A model generated the notes under the pieces. It was not told the origin of the DNA. It saw only the letters and a program-made list of their open reading frames with translations, and ran no database searches. A program made the translations under genes and the position numbers. DNA of 64,000 nt from an uncultured Acidobacteriota bacterium (lineage in GTDB: Bacteria > Acidobacteriota > Blastocatellia > RBC074): positions 352,001-416,000 of the forward strand of contig CAWCKY010000007.1 of NCBI GenBank assembly GCA_963796275.1, read 5' to 3'. Below are positions 31,701-42,428 of this stretch, piece by piece (positions within the stretch are counted from its first letter, which is position 1; each line of letters begins with the position of its first letter).

Positions 31701-32298
31701 CGCGCCACTGCGGACCAGTCCGGTGAAACGCGGCGACTGGGTTTTGCGTCGTGTATTGGGGACCGCGGTGCCGCCTCCGCCAGCCGATGCCGGATCGATC
31801 CCGGCGGATGACAAGTTATTTGGTGGCTTATCTGTGAAAGCGCGGCTGGAGAAGCACAAGCGGATTGCATCGTGTGCTAACTGCCATACCCGCATCGATC
31901 CGTTCGGATTTTCGCTGGAGCATTACGATCCGACCGGGCGCTGGCGCGATCGATATACCGACGGAAAAGATATCGATGACGTGGCGGAGATGAGGGATAA
32001 GACGCAGATAGCCGGCGTTGACGGGCTTCTCAACTATATGCGGACGAAAGATGGTCAGGTTCGCCGGACGTTATCTTATAAAATGGTGGGATATGCGCTG
32101 GGACGGTCGATCCAGTTGTCCGACATGCCGCTTATCGATCGCATGGTGAAAGCCGGCGGTGACGCTACCTTCTCGCGACTCGCGATGGAGATCGCCACCA
32201 GCAGGCAATTCCGCAATCGTCTAGGGCGTAAAGGAGAAGCGACGCCAGTGAAGAAGCAAAGAATCGCGCATGTCGTGAATAACGCCCCGCGCGACTGA
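28780..32298 (+). CDS. DUF1592/DUF1588/DUF1587 planctomycete-type cytochrome c domain protein (true start probably 28816 or later)
   Basis: [48 protein letters not shown]. Confidence 0.88.
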   Translation: MTVLSALQGKRKMMLDQVFTILRNRKRCIRCGKIAFALLVCIVAMSIAGYNRAIGITEENRVQSNPKAIFQQYCLMCHSNSASKAGINLEQMTAQFSIAENFQHWEKVAAAIEQKLMPPKAMPQPTDEERGQAIAWIQTELSTYANKHDGDPGQVTIRRLTSGEYAYTIKDLTGLDLKLGIDSTSDSAGGEGFTNFGDVQFMQDANLERYLEAAKVIADHAVIGSGPLEFFSHPGKTGFELSAIARIRDIYTANGLRTVSAEGGRPFGLEKYGKALYVAWRYRHRAALGEANITLKDLADGEGITARFAQHIWQVVNKSAPGYPASEVVSRWRKLPAPVAGKDDAGKETEIAAVRSGCDDIQKYLITWPSWLFARGDLAAGGAGDESPLEFSDRTLKVKPIHRFAYVRGGGRGPVQPGPAKIYLNVAPVNPAMGEKPVVIWRNLTIGFRPLKPRVQVKAGESAVVLAEDAQALANLRRGILPPGQRQALRAVVNEETARVLKFGKSPDGTSIGPDDFATEGSLMFEVPMPEGPGRFSLNLQVNAELGGNRNQVVRIVISDRADGMTRGQPTRALLGDMKSPAYRAFKAGVMEFASLLPPNSHGEPAPADKDPVPDPFDNTYNVPEHDEFIQKVKYHRDDRFLVENLIDETTRKRLDHAWNDLYASFEYHDNYLRLLGKHFAYDLKERGIADMDKSRIDALPAEMRKYVRPLRAHYDAVLAAQKAARPEHVLDCLEFAAQAWRHPLTENEKVSLRSFYEKTITADPDHPKAIRALLARIMIAPQFLYRVEQGAGASHAIPASTRVEEEKTVRALSDWEVAGRLSYFLWSSIPDAELRRAAGAGELSTTDGIKAQVQRMLADPKARRMATEFFGQWLGFYHFDDYKGVDTSRFPEFTDAVKDAMYDEAVSFFEHVIRKGRPISEILFADYTFLNKDLARFYGVKKELGENAELVEGAGTFHRGGLLRLGAVLTATSAPLRTSPVKRGDWVLRRVLGTAVPPPPADAGSIPADDKLFGGLSVKARLEKHKRIASCANCHTRIDPFGFSLEHYDPTGRWRDRYTDGKDIDDVAEMRDKTQIAGVDGLLNYMRTKDGQVRRTLSYKMVGYALGRSIQLSDMPLIDRMVKAGGDATFSRLAMEIATSRQFRNRLGRKGEATPVKKQRIAHVVNNAPRD

Positions 32299-32401
32299 AA
32301 CCGGCGCCTGGGGCGAATCATCAGCAGGTTAGACGACCTGCGGTACATTTTGCGAGGAAAATTCCATTGTCGCGTTACGATGCGCTTTTCAGAGGAGAAC
32401 G

Positions 32402-33760
32402 ATGAACAATACGAAACAGACATCGCGGCGTCACTTTTTGCGGGGTGTTGGAGTCGCTCTGGCATTGCCATGGATGGAATCGCTTCCGCTCCTGGCGCAA
32501 GAGAGCAAACAAGCGTCCACTCTGGCAAGCAATGCCGGCAAGCCGCCGCTGCGATTCGCTCACATCTTCTTCTCCAACGGCGTCGAACCCGCTCACTGGT
32601 GGGCGAAGGGCCGCGGCGCTTCCATGGAGTTCGGGGCAGCCGCCCAACCGCTCGCCCCAATTCGCGAGGACCTGGTCTTCCTGCGCGGGCTATACAATCA
32701 GAAAGCATTCTCATCCACCAGCCCTCACCTTGGCCGGATGAATCTGCTCTCCGGGGCGACGGTCAGTTTGGACCCGAAAGTCATACGTGTTGGAACATCA
32801 TTCGATCAGGTGTTGGCCCAGCGCATCGGGAACCGCACCCAGTTGCCGTTTATGACGCTTGGAATCGAGCCGAATGAGTTGCGGCTTGAAGACGGGTTGT
32901 CGATGATCTACGGTTCGTCCATCTCGTGGGTCTCTCCCACCAAACCCGCTACCAAGGAGATCTATCCGTCGCGGACTTTCGACCAACTGGTCGGTGATGG
33001 GAAGGGCCGGAATCTCGACCGGAGTATCCTCGATGCCGTTCTAGCAGAGGCGCACACGCTCCAGCCGAAGGTCAGCGCGGGGGATCGCAAGAAACTCGAC
33101 GAATACCTGGAGTCCGTCCGCGATATAGAGAAGCGTCTTGACCACGCATCCAGGGAAGAGCGCATGGAAGGTTGGCGTCCCACACTGCAACAGCCGAATA
33201 TGCCGCGTCCGGGAGACGCGGTTCCACAGAATATTCCGGAGCATATAAAGTTGATGCTCGACCTGATTGTCCTCGCGTTCCAGATGGACAAGACGCGTGT
33301 GATCACGCTGATGCTTAATAACGATCTGTCGCAGATGAACTTCAAGTTCCTGGACGGGGTGCGGGGTGCTCTGCACCTGGACCTGACTCATAACGGCAAA
33401 GCCCCCGAACTTGAAGCGATGTACCTGAAGACCAACCAGTTCCACGTGGAGCAGTTCACTTACCTCGTCAAACGGCTGAAGGAGATAGACGAGGGCGGAA
33501 CGTCGCTGCTCGACAACTCGATATTGATGTTCGCCTCCAGCCTCTTCGACGGTGACGCCCATAGCGCCGATCAACTGCCGATCGTTCTCGCCGGACGCGC
33601 CGGCGGCGCCGTGCAGACCGGAAGAATAGTGGACTACCTCGATAAGGGCGACGATAACCGCCGCGCCTGCAGCCTCTACCTGTCACTCATGGATTTGATG
33701 GGCCTGCGCCTGGAGAGTTTCGGCGATACCGATAAGCGGCTGGCAGGACTATTTAATTGA
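32402..33760 (+). CDS. DUF1552 domain protein (Tat-type signal)
   Basis: [45 protein letters not shown]; usual partner of DUF1592 proteins. Confidence 0.9.
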   Translation: MNNTKQTSRRHFLRGVGVALALPWMESLPLLAQESKQASTLASNAGKPPLRFAHIFFSNGVEPAHWWAKGRGASMEFGAAAQPLAPIREDLVFLRGLYNQKAFSSTSPHLGRMNLLSGATVSLDPKVIRVGTSFDQVLAQRIGNRTQLPFMTLGIEPNELRLEDGLSMIYGSSISWVSPTKPATKEIYPSRTFDQLVGDGKGRNLDRSILDAVLAEAHTLQPKVSAGDRKKLDEYLESVRDIEKRLDHASREERMEGWRPTLQQPNMPRPGDAVPQNIPEHIKLMLDLIVLAFQMDKTRVITLMLNNDLSQMNFKFLDGVRGALHLDLTHNGKAPELEAMYLKTNQFHVEQFTYLVKRLKEIDEGGTSLLDNSILMFASSLFDGDAHSADQLPIVLAGRAGGAVQTGRIVDYLDKGDDNRRACSLYLSLMDLMGLRLESFGDTDKRLAGLFN

Positions 33761-33838
33761 TAGTTGATAGTTTAGTTGATAGGTCGTATACACTGTGGCA
33801 ACAACTTATACGAATTATCAATTATCAATTATCAATTA
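33754..33838 (+). repeat. Dispersed (TGATAAT)n-arm palindromic element, copy 5, between convergent genes
   Basis: Core gtcgtatacactgtggcaacaacttatacgaa; the arms contain both stop codons. Confidence 0.85.
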
Positions 33839-35418
33839 TAAGTAATGGCCCCGACGATGAACATCTCTTTGCCTTTCGATCTTGGATCTGCGTCATCTCT
33901 CGTTACTATTCTTACCGTATGCAGCCCTGGTTTTAGTCCATAGATGTGCCATAACGAGTCGTCGTTGGTTCGCTCGACGATGTAGAAGTCGAGCTCGCCT
34001 GCCTTCTTACCATCTAAATAGACATCGGCTCGGCCGCCTTTCTGCGAATGCGGCCCGACCAGAACCACCGCCGTGCCGGAAAAGCTGATCGTCGCTTCGG
34101 CGCCCGCGCTTTGGGTCATCTTTCCCTGGAGCTCTGTGCGATACTCGATCTTACCCTTTAGATCGGACCAGTCGCCTTTCCAACTCCACGCCGCATCGCC
34201 AGCGCCGATAATCTTCTGTGGCGTGCCCATACTCCATTGCTCCAGCTTGGCGGGTTTCGGGGCTTGATACGGGATGACAATCTCGGTGCCGGTTACTTCG
34301 CCGCCGACACTCTTGATCACTTTGAATGCTCGCTCCAGAGTTGACTGGTTGATTGTATTGAACGAGTAGTTGGTATAGGAGAATGTCTTATCTGCGATGG
34401 CGGGTATCCCGCTCTTCCACTCGTCGGGAATTTTGGCATAGCCTAACATAACCCCTAGAATGCCGGCCGCGCTTGCCGGATTACAATCCGAGTCCTGCCC
34501 GGCACGCACAGATATCTCCATCGTCTTCGAAAAATCGCCCTTGCCATAAAGCATGCCGAGCACGATATAGGCGCCGTTGAGCCTGGCATCGATATTAAAC
34601 GGCTGGAGCGCTCCCCCCGTACACGAATCGTCTTTATCCCACTTGTTCTGTATCAATTGCCAGGTCTTTCTCCAGTCATCCGGCTGTTGCTCCGACCATT
34701 TGATTACATCGCGGATGATCCGGGCGTATCCGCTTTCCGCCGGAATAGTCGCCAGACCATGCTCAACTACTCGCTTCACCTCCGTTTCGAAATAGGCTGC
34801 GGCGTACATCCCTGAAACGAACATGCCTCCGTAGAGGCCGTCGCCATAGTTCATGACACGCCCGACGCGGTCACAATACTTATTTGATTCCTGCGGTATT
34901 CCCGGAGTCATCAAACCGATAAAATCAGCTTCGATTTGAAAGTCGATATCGTTGGCGTGGATGTTGTACTTCGGGTGTCCAGACATCGGAGACTTTATGC
35001 CGCTGTTCAATAGTCGACGCGCCGCCGCGTTGGCATGCCAGAGACTATACTTCGTGTTCTTGAAGGCCTCCCCGTAATCTTCGGTTGTGGCGTCAAGGCC
35101 GAGTCGATCCATCACTTCGGCGAAAGTCATGTCAACGTAAAGATCATCCTGCTTGATGGCGTTCGCTATTCTCTCGGGTCCCCACGTCATGAAATTATGC
35201 AGGTTATCTTCTATGATTTTTCCGTTCGACCTGAATTCGGTCGGGGCGCCGAACGAGACGCCGATCATCTGTCCGGCCCACCCGCCGCGGATCTTGTCCT
35301 CCAGTACCTGGCGTGAGATCTTTCGTTCATGCCCATTCTGCCCCTTCTGCGCCAGCGAATTGCAACTGAGGACAATGGTGGTGAAAAGAAATATTGTCGT
35401 TATCTTCTGCTTACACAT
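33832..35418 (-). CDS. Secreted ADP-ribosylglycohydrolase family protein with C-terminal beta-sandwich domain
   Basis: DKIRGGWAGQMIG, QDDLYVD, IDFQIEAD, GQDSDCN; AGGAGG RBS before the ATG at 35418. Confidence 0.88.
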   Translation of the reverse strand: MCKQKITTIFLFTTIVLSCNSLAQKGQNGHERKISRQVLEDKIRGGWAGQMIGVSFGAPTEFRSNGKIIEDNLHNFMTWGPERIANAIKQDDLYVDMTFAEVMDRLGLDATTEDYGEAFKNTKYSLWHANAAARRLLNSGIKSPMSGHPKYNIHANDIDFQIEADFIGLMTPGIPQESNKYCDRVGRVMNYGDGLYGGMFVSGMYAAAYFETEVKRVVEHGLATIPAESGYARIIRDVIKWSEQQPDDWRKTWQLIQNKWDKDDSCTGGALQPFNIDARLNGAYIVLGMLYGKGDFSKTMEISVRAGQDSDCNPASAAGILGVMLGYAKIPDEWKSGIPAIADKTFSYTNYSFNTINQSTLERAFKVIKSVGGEVTGTEIVIPYQAPKPAKLEQWSMGTPQKIIGAGDAAWSWKGDWSDLKGKIEYRTELQGKMTQSAGAEATISFSGTAVVLVGPHSQKGGRADVYLDGKKAGELDFYIVERTNDDSLWHIYGLKPGLHTVRIVTRDDADPRSKGKEMFIVGAITYN

Positions 35419-35605
35419 TTTGGTCCTCCTTAGAAATAGACGGGATTTCAGGATTTTCAGGATTATAAGGAACGTGTTGAATCTTGGAAAATCCGGCAAA
35501 TCTATTCCGAGACCTTCGCTTAGAAAGGTAGTTTAAGACTTAACTGCGCGACTCTCGGTTCCCTGGCTTCGGTAATTCGACTGAACTGACTATCTCCGCT
35601 CGTGC

Positions 35606-35619
35606 TGAAACCGGTGTCA
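35606..35619. promoter_or_regulatory. Candidate LacI-family operator
   Basis: TGAAACCGGTGTCA, a near-perfect palindrome with central CG, upstream of the ribose operon. Confidence 0.6.
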
Positions 35620-35623
35620 ATAG

Positions 35624-35902
35624 CCTCCGACCGCAGTTTTTTTCGCCAACAACCTCATGACGCTCGGAGCCCTGCAGGCTATCCACGAACGCGGGCTTTC
35701 AATCCCCGCTGAAATCGGCATAATCAGTTTCGCTGACATGTCGTGGGCGATCTCACTTCAACCGCGTTGACTGCCGTCGCCCATCCTACATACGAAATGG
35801 GAGCCACAGCCGCGGAATTGTTGCTGGCACGAATGCGCAGCCCGAACGCTCCGTCCGTCGTGTCGTCCTCAAAACCGAGCTGATGATCAGGGCTTATTGC
35901 GG
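35624..35902 (+). pseudogene. C-terminal remnant of a LacI-family repressor (RbsR-like); HTH missing, frameshifted
   Basis: Translates as PTAVFFANNLMTLGALQAIHERGLSIPAEIGIISFADMSWA...LTAVAHPTYEMGATAAELLL...VVLKTELMIR across frame changes. Confidence 0.8.
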
Positions 35903-35913
35903 GAAAACGAGCG

Positions 35914-36873
35914 ATGCGGAAACTTCACACCTTTGAGATAGCTACCATAATTTTAATAGCCTTTGCGATGGGATTTGCCGGTTGCACGCGCCAACCTGTT
36001 GCGCCGGATAAGCCGCGCATAGCGCTCATTATGAAATCGCTCGCCAACGAGTTCTTCCAGACGATGGAGAATGGTGCCAGGGCTCACCAGAGGGAGAACG
36101 CAAGCGAGTACGAGCTGATCGCCAACGGTACCAAAGATGAGCAGGACGTGAGCAGGCAGATCGATCTGGTCGAACAGATGATCGCGCAGCGCGTCGCCGC
36201 GATAGTGATCGCTCCGGCCGATTCGAAGTCGCTGGTAGCAGTCTGTAAAAGAGCGCTGGATGCCGGCATTCCCGTCGTCAACATCGATAACAAATTTGAT
36301 GCCTCCGTTCTCGCCGATAAAGGGGTGAATATCCCATTCGTCGGCCCCGATAATCGCAAGGGCGCCAGGCTCGCGGGCGAGTACTTGGCGAGGCGGTTGA
36401 AACCGGGTGACCAGGTGGCTGTTATCGAAGGGGCACCCAATGCTTTCAACGGTGTCCAACGCCGGTTGGGTTTCGAGGATGCCATGAAGACTTCCCGCAT
36501 CGAGATCGCCAGCTCACAGTCCGGTTATTGGGAGACATCCCCGGCCAATCAGGTAGCTTCATCGATCATCACTGAGCAGCCGGATCTGAAGGCTATTCTT
36601 TGCGCCAATGATAATATGGCGCTGGGAGCGGTCGCAGCTCTCAGAGCGGCGGGGAGGTCGAAAGATGTCTTGGTCATCGGCTTTGATAATATCTCCGCCA
36701 TACAGCAATTGATCAAAGACGGGCAGATTTTGGCGACGGTAGATCAGCACGCCGACCTGTTGGCCGTCTACGGCATCGAGTATGCCCTGAAGATCATCGA
36801 GAACGGGGGCAGTAGCGCTCCCGCTGATCGCGAAACGCCCGTCGACCTGATCACATCTGAAAACCTGAAGTAA
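35914..36873 (+). CDS. rbsB: Ribose-type sugar ABC transporter substrate-binding lipoprotein
   Basis: Lipobox FAGC, KSLANEFF, VGPDNRKGA, CANDNMALGA. Confidence 0.85.
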   Translation: MRKLHTFEIATIILIAFAMGFAGCTRQPVAPDKPRIALIMKSLANEFFQTMENGARAHQRENASEYELIANGTKDEQDVSRQIDLVEQMIAQRVAAIVIAPADSKSLVAVCKRALDAGIPVVNIDNKFDASVLADKGVNIPFVGPDNRKGARLAGEYLARRLKPGDQVAVIEGAPNAFNGVQRRLGFEDAMKTSRIEIASSQSGYWETSPANQVASSIITEQPDLKAILCANDNMALGAVAALRAAGRSKDVLVIGFDNISAIQQLIKDGQILATVDQHADLLAVYGIEYALKIIENGGSSAPADRETPVDLITSENLK

Positions 36874-36914
36874 GCAGCCCTGAAAAAATCTTGCGATTTT
36901 TTCATTTATCGTTT

Positions 36915-36987
36915 TTCATTGTTCATTTTAGATTTGTCATTGGGTTCGCCCCGGTTCTTCAATGACAGATGTAAAATGAACAATGAA
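36915..36987. repeat. Palindrome with CATT/AATG-containing heptamer arms in the rbsB-rbsA spacer
   Basis: ttcattgttcattttagatttgtcattg / caatgacagatgtaaaatgaacaatgaa. Confidence 0.75.
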
Positions 36988-36996
36988 CAATTAACA

Positions 36997-38532
36997 ATGA
37001 CACCAGCTCTTCTCCAAATCTCGGGCCTGAATAAATCTTTCTCAGCTTCCGTTAAAGCCCTCTCGGGCGTCGATTTTGATCTGAAGGCGCGCGAGATTCA
37101 CGCGATCGTCGGCGAAAATGGAGCGGGGAAGAGCACTCTATCGCGCATCATCGCTGGTATTGAGCAACCCGATGCGGGAGAGATGCGATTGCGGGGACAA
37201 CTCTTTTCACCCGCGAGCAGAGCCGACGCGGATCGCAGCGGCGTCCGAATGGTGATGCAGGAGCTCAACCTGATCGGGACTCTCACCATCGCCGAATCGA
37301 TCTTCATCGATCGAATGCCGCACCGATATGGCGTGATCGATTATCGCCGGCTGAACAGAGAGGCCAGAGAGGTGATGGAACATATCGGGCTGGGCGCGCT
37401 CGATCCTGCTCGACAGGTGCAATATCTCGGTGTCGGTCAGCAGCAGATGGTCGAAATAGCCGCCGGTCTTTCGCGCCGATGCGAGGTGCTCATTCTTGAC
37501 GAGCCGACAGCCGCACTCACCGGCATCGAGATCGACCTGCTCTTTCATCAGATCGAAAAACTGAAGGCCGCCGGCGTCAGCATCATTTATATCTCGCACC
37601 GGATGGAGGAGGTCCAACGGATCGCCGACCGCATCACGGTGTTGCGGGACGGGAAAATAGTCGCCACGCATCCCGCGCGGGAGGTCACAATCGATGTCAT
37701 CATCAAAGAGATGGTGGGGCGCGAGCTGAGTAGACTTCGCCCGCCTGTTGCCGGGCCGAAAGGAGATATCGCTCTGCGCGTCAGAGGGCTCAGCAGCGGA
37801 GAGAGGGTCAGGGATGTCAGCTTCGATCTGCACAGGGGAGAGATACTCGGATTCGCCGGTCTGATGGGCTCGGGACGCACTGAGACGATGCGCGCCATCT
37901 TCGGCGCCGACCGCGCGGAGGACGGTTGCATCTATCTCGGTAACTCGGAAACGCCGCTCAGGATACGCGGGCCGCGCGATGCCGTTCGCGCCGGCATTGC
38001 GCTGCTGACCGAGAATCGCAAAGAACAGGGTTTGCTTCTATCTCTCTCTCTGCGAGCCAACATCACGCTCGCGCGGCTTAAATATCTGGTCCGGTTCGGC
38101 TGGTTGAAACCCAGTATGGAGCGAGCGGTGGCGGGACGTTTAGCCATAAATTTAGGGGTGCGCGCCGCTTCGATTGAACAAAAGGCCAGTGAACTTTCGG
38201 GAGGGAATCAGCAGAAGATAGTCATAGCCAGATGGTTATTCCGCGATTCGGACATCCTCATCTTCGATGAGCCCACCCGCGGGATCGACATCGGGGCGAA
38301 GTTCGAGATATACCGGATGCTCCGAGAGTTGACGGAGAGAGGGAAGGCGATCATCGTCGTCTCCTCGGAGCTTCAGGAATTGATCGGCATCTGCGACCGC
38401 ATTGCAGTGATGTCGGCCGGCCGGTTAGCTGCGATCGTCGAGCGCGACCGATTCGATCAGGACGGCATAATGGTGCTAGCCCTGAGCGGATACATCGATA
38501 GCGGAAGGAATGCGAATGCGAGAGAAAGCTGA
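36997..38532 (+). CDS. rbsA: Sugar ABC transporter ATP-binding protein (two ABC domains)
   Basis: GENGAGKST, LDEPTAAL, LSGGNQQK, FDEPTRGIDIGAK. Confidence 0.9.
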   Translation: MTPALLQISGLNKSFSASVKALSGVDFDLKAREIHAIVGENGAGKSTLSRIIAGIEQPDAGEMRLRGQLFSPASRADADRSGVRMVMQELNLIGTLTIAESIFIDRMPHRYGVIDYRRLNREAREVMEHIGLGALDPARQVQYLGVGQQQMVEIAAGLSRRCEVLILDEPTAALTGIEIDLLFHQIEKLKAAGVSIIYISHRMEEVQRIADRITVLRDGKIVATHPAREVTIDVIIKEMVGRELSRLRPPVAGPKGDIALRVRGLSSGERVRDVSFDLHRGEILGFAGLMGSGRTETMRAIFGADRAEDGCIYLGNSETPLRIRGPRDAVRAGIALLTENRKEQGLLLSLSLRANITLARLKYLVRFGWLKPSMERAVAGRLAINLGVRAASIEQKASELSGGNQQKIVIARWLFRDSDILIFDEPTRGIDIGAKFEIYRMLRELTERGKAIIVVSSELQELIGICDRIAVMSAGRLAAIVERDRFDQDGIMVLALSGYIDSGRNANARES

Positions 38533-39544
38533 TCTTGGAGAAAGGGAAGAGTTGAATCTGCCTGATGCGCCGGCGGGGGCGTTGGAGATTCCTGTCGATC
38601 GCAAGAGTCTTCTCAAGGCGATCCTCGCCGACTATCTGGGGATGGTGCTGGTTCTCTTAGGATTGATCCTCGTATTCAGTCTGATCACGAACCACTTCTT
38701 CACGCTGACCACGTTCAGAACGATAGCCAACCAGATTCCCGATGCGATCATAATCGCCACGGGTATGACCTTCGTCCTGATCATCGCGGGCATCGATCTC
38801 TCGGTCGGGTCCGTGCTCGCATTATCGAGCACCGTACTCGGCGTCTGTCTGGTGGACCTCAAGCTGCCCCTGCCGATAGCGATAGCCGCCTGTCTATGCA
38901 CAGGTCTGATCTGCGGCGCAGTGAACGGGCTGGTCGTGTCGCGCTGGGCGCTCCCTTCGTTCATCGTTACTTTGGGTATGCTGGAGATCGCCCGCGGGGC
39001 GGCATACCTGACGACGAACTCTCAGACGAAATATATCGGGCCGGCGATCGAATCGATCTCCGAGACATCGATGTACGGCCTCTCGCTCCCATTCCTCGTC
39101 GCCTTACTCATCGTTCTCGCCGGACAGTTCGTTCTATCCCGCACTCTCTTCGGACGATACATGATAGCCGTCGGGACCAATGAAGAGGCGGTGCGTCTGT
39201 CGGGGATCGACCCTCGTCCGATAAAGATTGCCGTTTTTTCGCTCTGTAGTTTACTGGCATCAGTGGCCGCAGTAATTCACAGCTCGCGGCTCTCATCCGC
39301 AGATCCTAACGCCGGAGCAGCCTTTGAATTGCAAGCGATCGCTGCTGTGGTGATCGGAGGCACGAGCCTCATGGGCGGGCGCGGGTCGGTCGTCAGCTCC
39401 TTCTTCGGCGTGCTGATTATCGCCGTTCTCGGTACGGGACTCGCCCAGGTCGGCGCGCAAGAGCCGACTAAAAGATTGGTCACGGGCTGCGTGATCGTCG
39501 CCGCCGTGATTCTGGATTATTACCGGAACCGCTTGAACAAATGA
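38510..39544 (+). CDS. rbsC: Sugar ABC transporter permease
   Basis: GIDLSVGS, PSFIVTLG, FELQAIAAVVIGGTSLMGGRG. Confidence 0.9.
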   Translation: MRMREKADLGEREELNLPDAPAGALEIPVDRKSLLKAILADYLGMVLVLLGLILVFSLITNHFFTLTTFRTIANQIPDAIIIATGMTFVLIIAGIDLSVGSVLALSSTVLGVCLVDLKLPLPIAIAACLCTGLICGAVNGLVVSRWALPSFIVTLGMLEIARGAAYLTTNSQTKYIGPAIESISETSMYGLSLPFLVALLIVLAGQFVLSRTLFGRYMIAVGTNEEAVRLSGIDPRPIKIAVFSLCSLLASVAAVIHSSRLSSADPNAGAAFELQAIAAVVIGGTSLMGGRGSVVSSFFGVLIIAVLGTGLAQVGAQEPTKRLVTGCVIVAAVILDYYRNRLNK

Positions 39545-39548
39545 AAAT

Positions 39549-40526
39549 ATGAACACACAAATTGTGGTGGTGGGCAGTTTGAACGCCGATTACGTCATAA
39601 AGCTACCTCGGGTTCCCTTGCCGGGTGAGACTGTGACTGGAAGTAACTTTGATATCTACCCGGGAGGGAAGGGAGCCAACCAGGCATTTGCCGCGGCCAG
39701 GCTCGGCAGTCGCGTTTCGATGGTGGGGCAGGTCGGTAATGATTTGCATGCCGACGAGCTCAAAGGAAACCTCGAAAGCGCCGGAGTCGATACCACCTAT
39801 CTTCAGCGCGACACAAATGTCGCAAGCGGCATCGCGTTCATCTCCATAGATAGTAATGGCCAGAATCAGATTATTATCGTGCCCGGAGCAAATGGCACAT
39901 TTAGCGCTGAACGCCTGTCCACGTGTCAAGAATTGATCGCCGGCGCGCGCGTCGTCCTGCTGCAATTGGAAATCCCGATGGGCACCGTTCTCGCCGCCGC
40001 CCGATACGCCAAACGCGGGGGAGAGGAGCAAGCGATCGTCATCCTCGACCCGGCGCCCGCACAGGCGATTCCCGACGAGCTTCTCACGCTGGTGGATTAC
40101 ATCACTCCCAACGAGACCGAGCTCGCGATGCTGAATGGTGTCACACGCGAGGGCAATCTTGATCGCAATGAAGCTTCGCAGTTGGCACGCCGGTTGTTAT
40201 CGCGAGGAGCGAAGCGAGTGATCGTCAAATTAGGATCGCAGGGCGCTTTGCTGGTGGAAGAAGACTCTGAGCACTTTTGGCCGCCGGTGTCCGTTGTAGC
40301 GGTCGATACGACGGCCGCCGGCGACGCGTTCAACGCCGCTTTGGCCGTCGCGCTGGCAAAAGAGAAATCCGAGGTTGAGGCGGGAGAGTTCGCCGTAGTG
40401 GCAGCGGCATATTCAGTCACGCGCAAAGGCGCGCAGCCTAGCATGCCGACCTTGCCGGAGATTGAGAGTCTGTTGCGGGATGAATCACCACAAAAATCAC
40501 AAAAGGAACAAAAAGCGCAAAGTTGA
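39549..40526 (+). CDS. rbsK: Ribokinase
   Basis: VVVGSLNAD, GGKGANQA, TPNETE, DTTAAGDAF. Confidence 0.95.
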   Translation: MNTQIVVVGSLNADYVIKLPRVPLPGETVTGSNFDIYPGGKGANQAFAAARLGSRVSMVGQVGNDLHADELKGNLESAGVDTTYLQRDTNVASGIAFISIDSNGQNQIIIVPGANGTFSAERLSTCQELIAGARVVLLQLEIPMGTVLAAARYAKRGGEEQAIVILDPAPAQAIPDELLTLVDYITPNETELAMLNGVTREGNLDRNEASQLARRLLSRGAKRVIVKLGSQGALLVEEDSEHFWPPVSVVAVDTTAAGDAFNAALAVALAKEKSEVEAGEFAVVAAAYSVTRKGAQPSMPTLPEIESLLRDESPQKSQKEQKAQS

Positions 40527-40644
40527 CTGCTTTGTGCCTTTGCAGCCTCTATCTGTTGCTCGATCGATACGACGGGTGTACGCTGGGCGAGTTTCGGCGA
40601 TGCCGACAAGCATCTTGCGGGGCTCTTATCGAGGTTGTGCAGCA

Positions 40645-42273
40645 ATGCGTCCTATCATCGCGTTGATAATCCTACTACTCGCCGCGTTGCCCGATCAGAT
40701 CGACCGTGCCGGCAGCGCCAAACCGATCTCCGCCGAAGTCGTCGTTTACGGCGGCACAAGCGCTGGGGTAATCGCTGCCGTTCAAGTCGCACGAATGGGC
40801 AAGTCTGTGGCCCTGATCGAACCGGGGCAGCACATCGGTGGGATGAGCGTTGAGGGGCTGGGCGGCTCCGATATCGATAACCATCAGGAGTTTCAGAACA
40901 GTCCGGCAGTGGGTGGTCTCGCACTGGAGTTTTATCGGCGCGTCAGCAGGCGTTACGGACGTTTGGAGAGGTTCGAAAAAGCGGTAGCCGCCCGGGCCAA
41001 AGAACCGTCGCTCTGGCGCTTTGAGCCGTCCGTCGCCGAAGCGGTATTCAACGAACTGGTTAGAGAACACGGCGTGCGGGTTTTCCTCAATCACCAGCTG
41101 TCTGAAGTAAAAGGCGTTGAGAAAGATGCCAAAACAAGACGTGTGGTAGCTATCCGCTGTAAGAATGGCGTGGAGTTTCGCTCATCCGTCTTCATTGACG
41201 CGACGTATGAAGGCGATCTGTTGGCGGGTGCCGGCATCAGCACCGTCATCGGGCGTGAGGGCAACTCGAAATACGGCGAGACGAAGAACGGTATTGGCGG
41301 CGAGAACACATATCGCCAGTTCGAAGTACGAGTCGACCCATACCGCATCCCCGGCGATCCGCGCAGTGGCTTAATCCCGACGATTCAGGATGAGCCGCTC
41401 GGCACGCCGGGCGAAGGCGATCATCGGATTCAGGCATATTGCTTCCGCTTGTGTCTGACGAAAATTCCGGCCAATCGCATCCCATTCTCCAAACCCGATA
41501 ACTTCGACACGGAACAATACGAAATCTACCGTCGATATGCCAAAGCCGGCGGAAGGCTGTGGAGACCGAACGCATCGTTGCCCAACGGTAAGACCGATCA
41601 GGGTAGTTGGCACGATCTGTCGGCCAATCTCTACGGAATGAACCACGCTTATCCGGGTGGCAGTTACGCCACACGCGAACGCATCTACCGCGAACACCTG
41701 ACGTTCACGCAAGGGCTGTGTTGGTTCCTGGCCAATGATCCCGAACTGCCGGAAGACGTGCGTCGCGAATGGGCGCAGTGGGGGCTGTGCAAGGATGAGT
41801 TTGAGGACAATGGCGGTTGGCCGCGCCGGTTCTATGTGCGCGATGCGCGCCGGATGGTGAGCGATTACATCATCACTGAACATCATACGCGCAAGACGAA
41901 TCAGGTTGCGGTGGCTGATCCGGTTGCCGTCGCCTTCTGGCCGCCCGATACGCATCACGTGAGACGCATCGTCCGCGACGGCGCGGCTTATAACGAAGGT
42001 TTCGTTTTCGGCGGCGACGACTGGTCGCCGTTCGGCGTGTCGTATCGCGCGCTCGTGCCCCGCGCATCGGAGTGCGTGAACCTGTTGACGCCGACCTGCC
42101 TGTCGTCAAGTCACGTCGGTTACGGCGCGATCAGACTGGAATGGACCTTTATGGCGCTCGGTCAATCGGCGGCGACTGCGGCGTGTCTCGCCATCGATGA
42201 CAACGTGCCGGTGCAACAGGTGAAGTACGCGAAATTGCGCGCGCGATTGCTGGCGGATAAACAGGTGCTATAA
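40645..42273 (+). CDS. Secreted FAD-dependent oxidoreductase
   Basis: VVVYGGTSAG, FIDATYEGDL, QAYCFRLCLT, YVRDARRM, GAIRLEWTFMALGQSAATAA. Confidence 0.88.
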   Translation: MRPIIALIILLLAALPDQIDRAGSAKPISAEVVVYGGTSAGVIAAVQVARMGKSVALIEPGQHIGGMSVEGLGGSDIDNHQEFQNSPAVGGLALEFYRRVSRRYGRLERFEKAVAARAKEPSLWRFEPSVAEAVFNELVREHGVRVFLNHQLSEVKGVEKDAKTRRVVAIRCKNGVEFRSSVFIDATYEGDLLAGAGISTVIGREGNSKYGETKNGIGGENTYRQFEVRVDPYRIPGDPRSGLIPTIQDEPLGTPGEGDHRIQAYCFRLCLTKIPANRIPFSKPDNFDTEQYEIYRRYAKAGGRLWRPNASLPNGKTDQGSWHDLSANLYGMNHAYPGGSYATRERIYREHLTFTQGLCWFLANDPELPEDVRREWAQWGLCKDEFEDNGGWPRRFYVRDARRMVSDYIITEHHTRKTNQVAVADPVAVAFWPPDTHHVRRIVRDGAAYNEGFVFGGDDWSPFGVSYRALVPRASECVNLLTPTCLSSSHVGYGAIRLEWTFMALGQSAATAACLAIDDNVPVQQVKYAKLRARLLADKQVL

Positions 42274-42428
42274 GCGAGTCGGCACCTACTGGTGCCTCAG
42301 CGCCACCAATTGCTTCTCCTCCCAGAAGCTGGCTTATACTTGGCGCTTCCGAAAGAGCCAATTCTTGTGTTGGCGATAGGGAAAATGACGAAAGTCAGTA
42401 CTTCAACCCTCGAAGAAAAGGGGTCTCA

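Noticed and set aside
35419-35499. N-terminal extensions in the ORF track (35499, 36919, 40462, 44179, 50426, 24420 starts)
   Set aside because: They run through repeats or intergenic DNA; downstream starts with an RBS, signal peptide or family-typical N-terminus fit better
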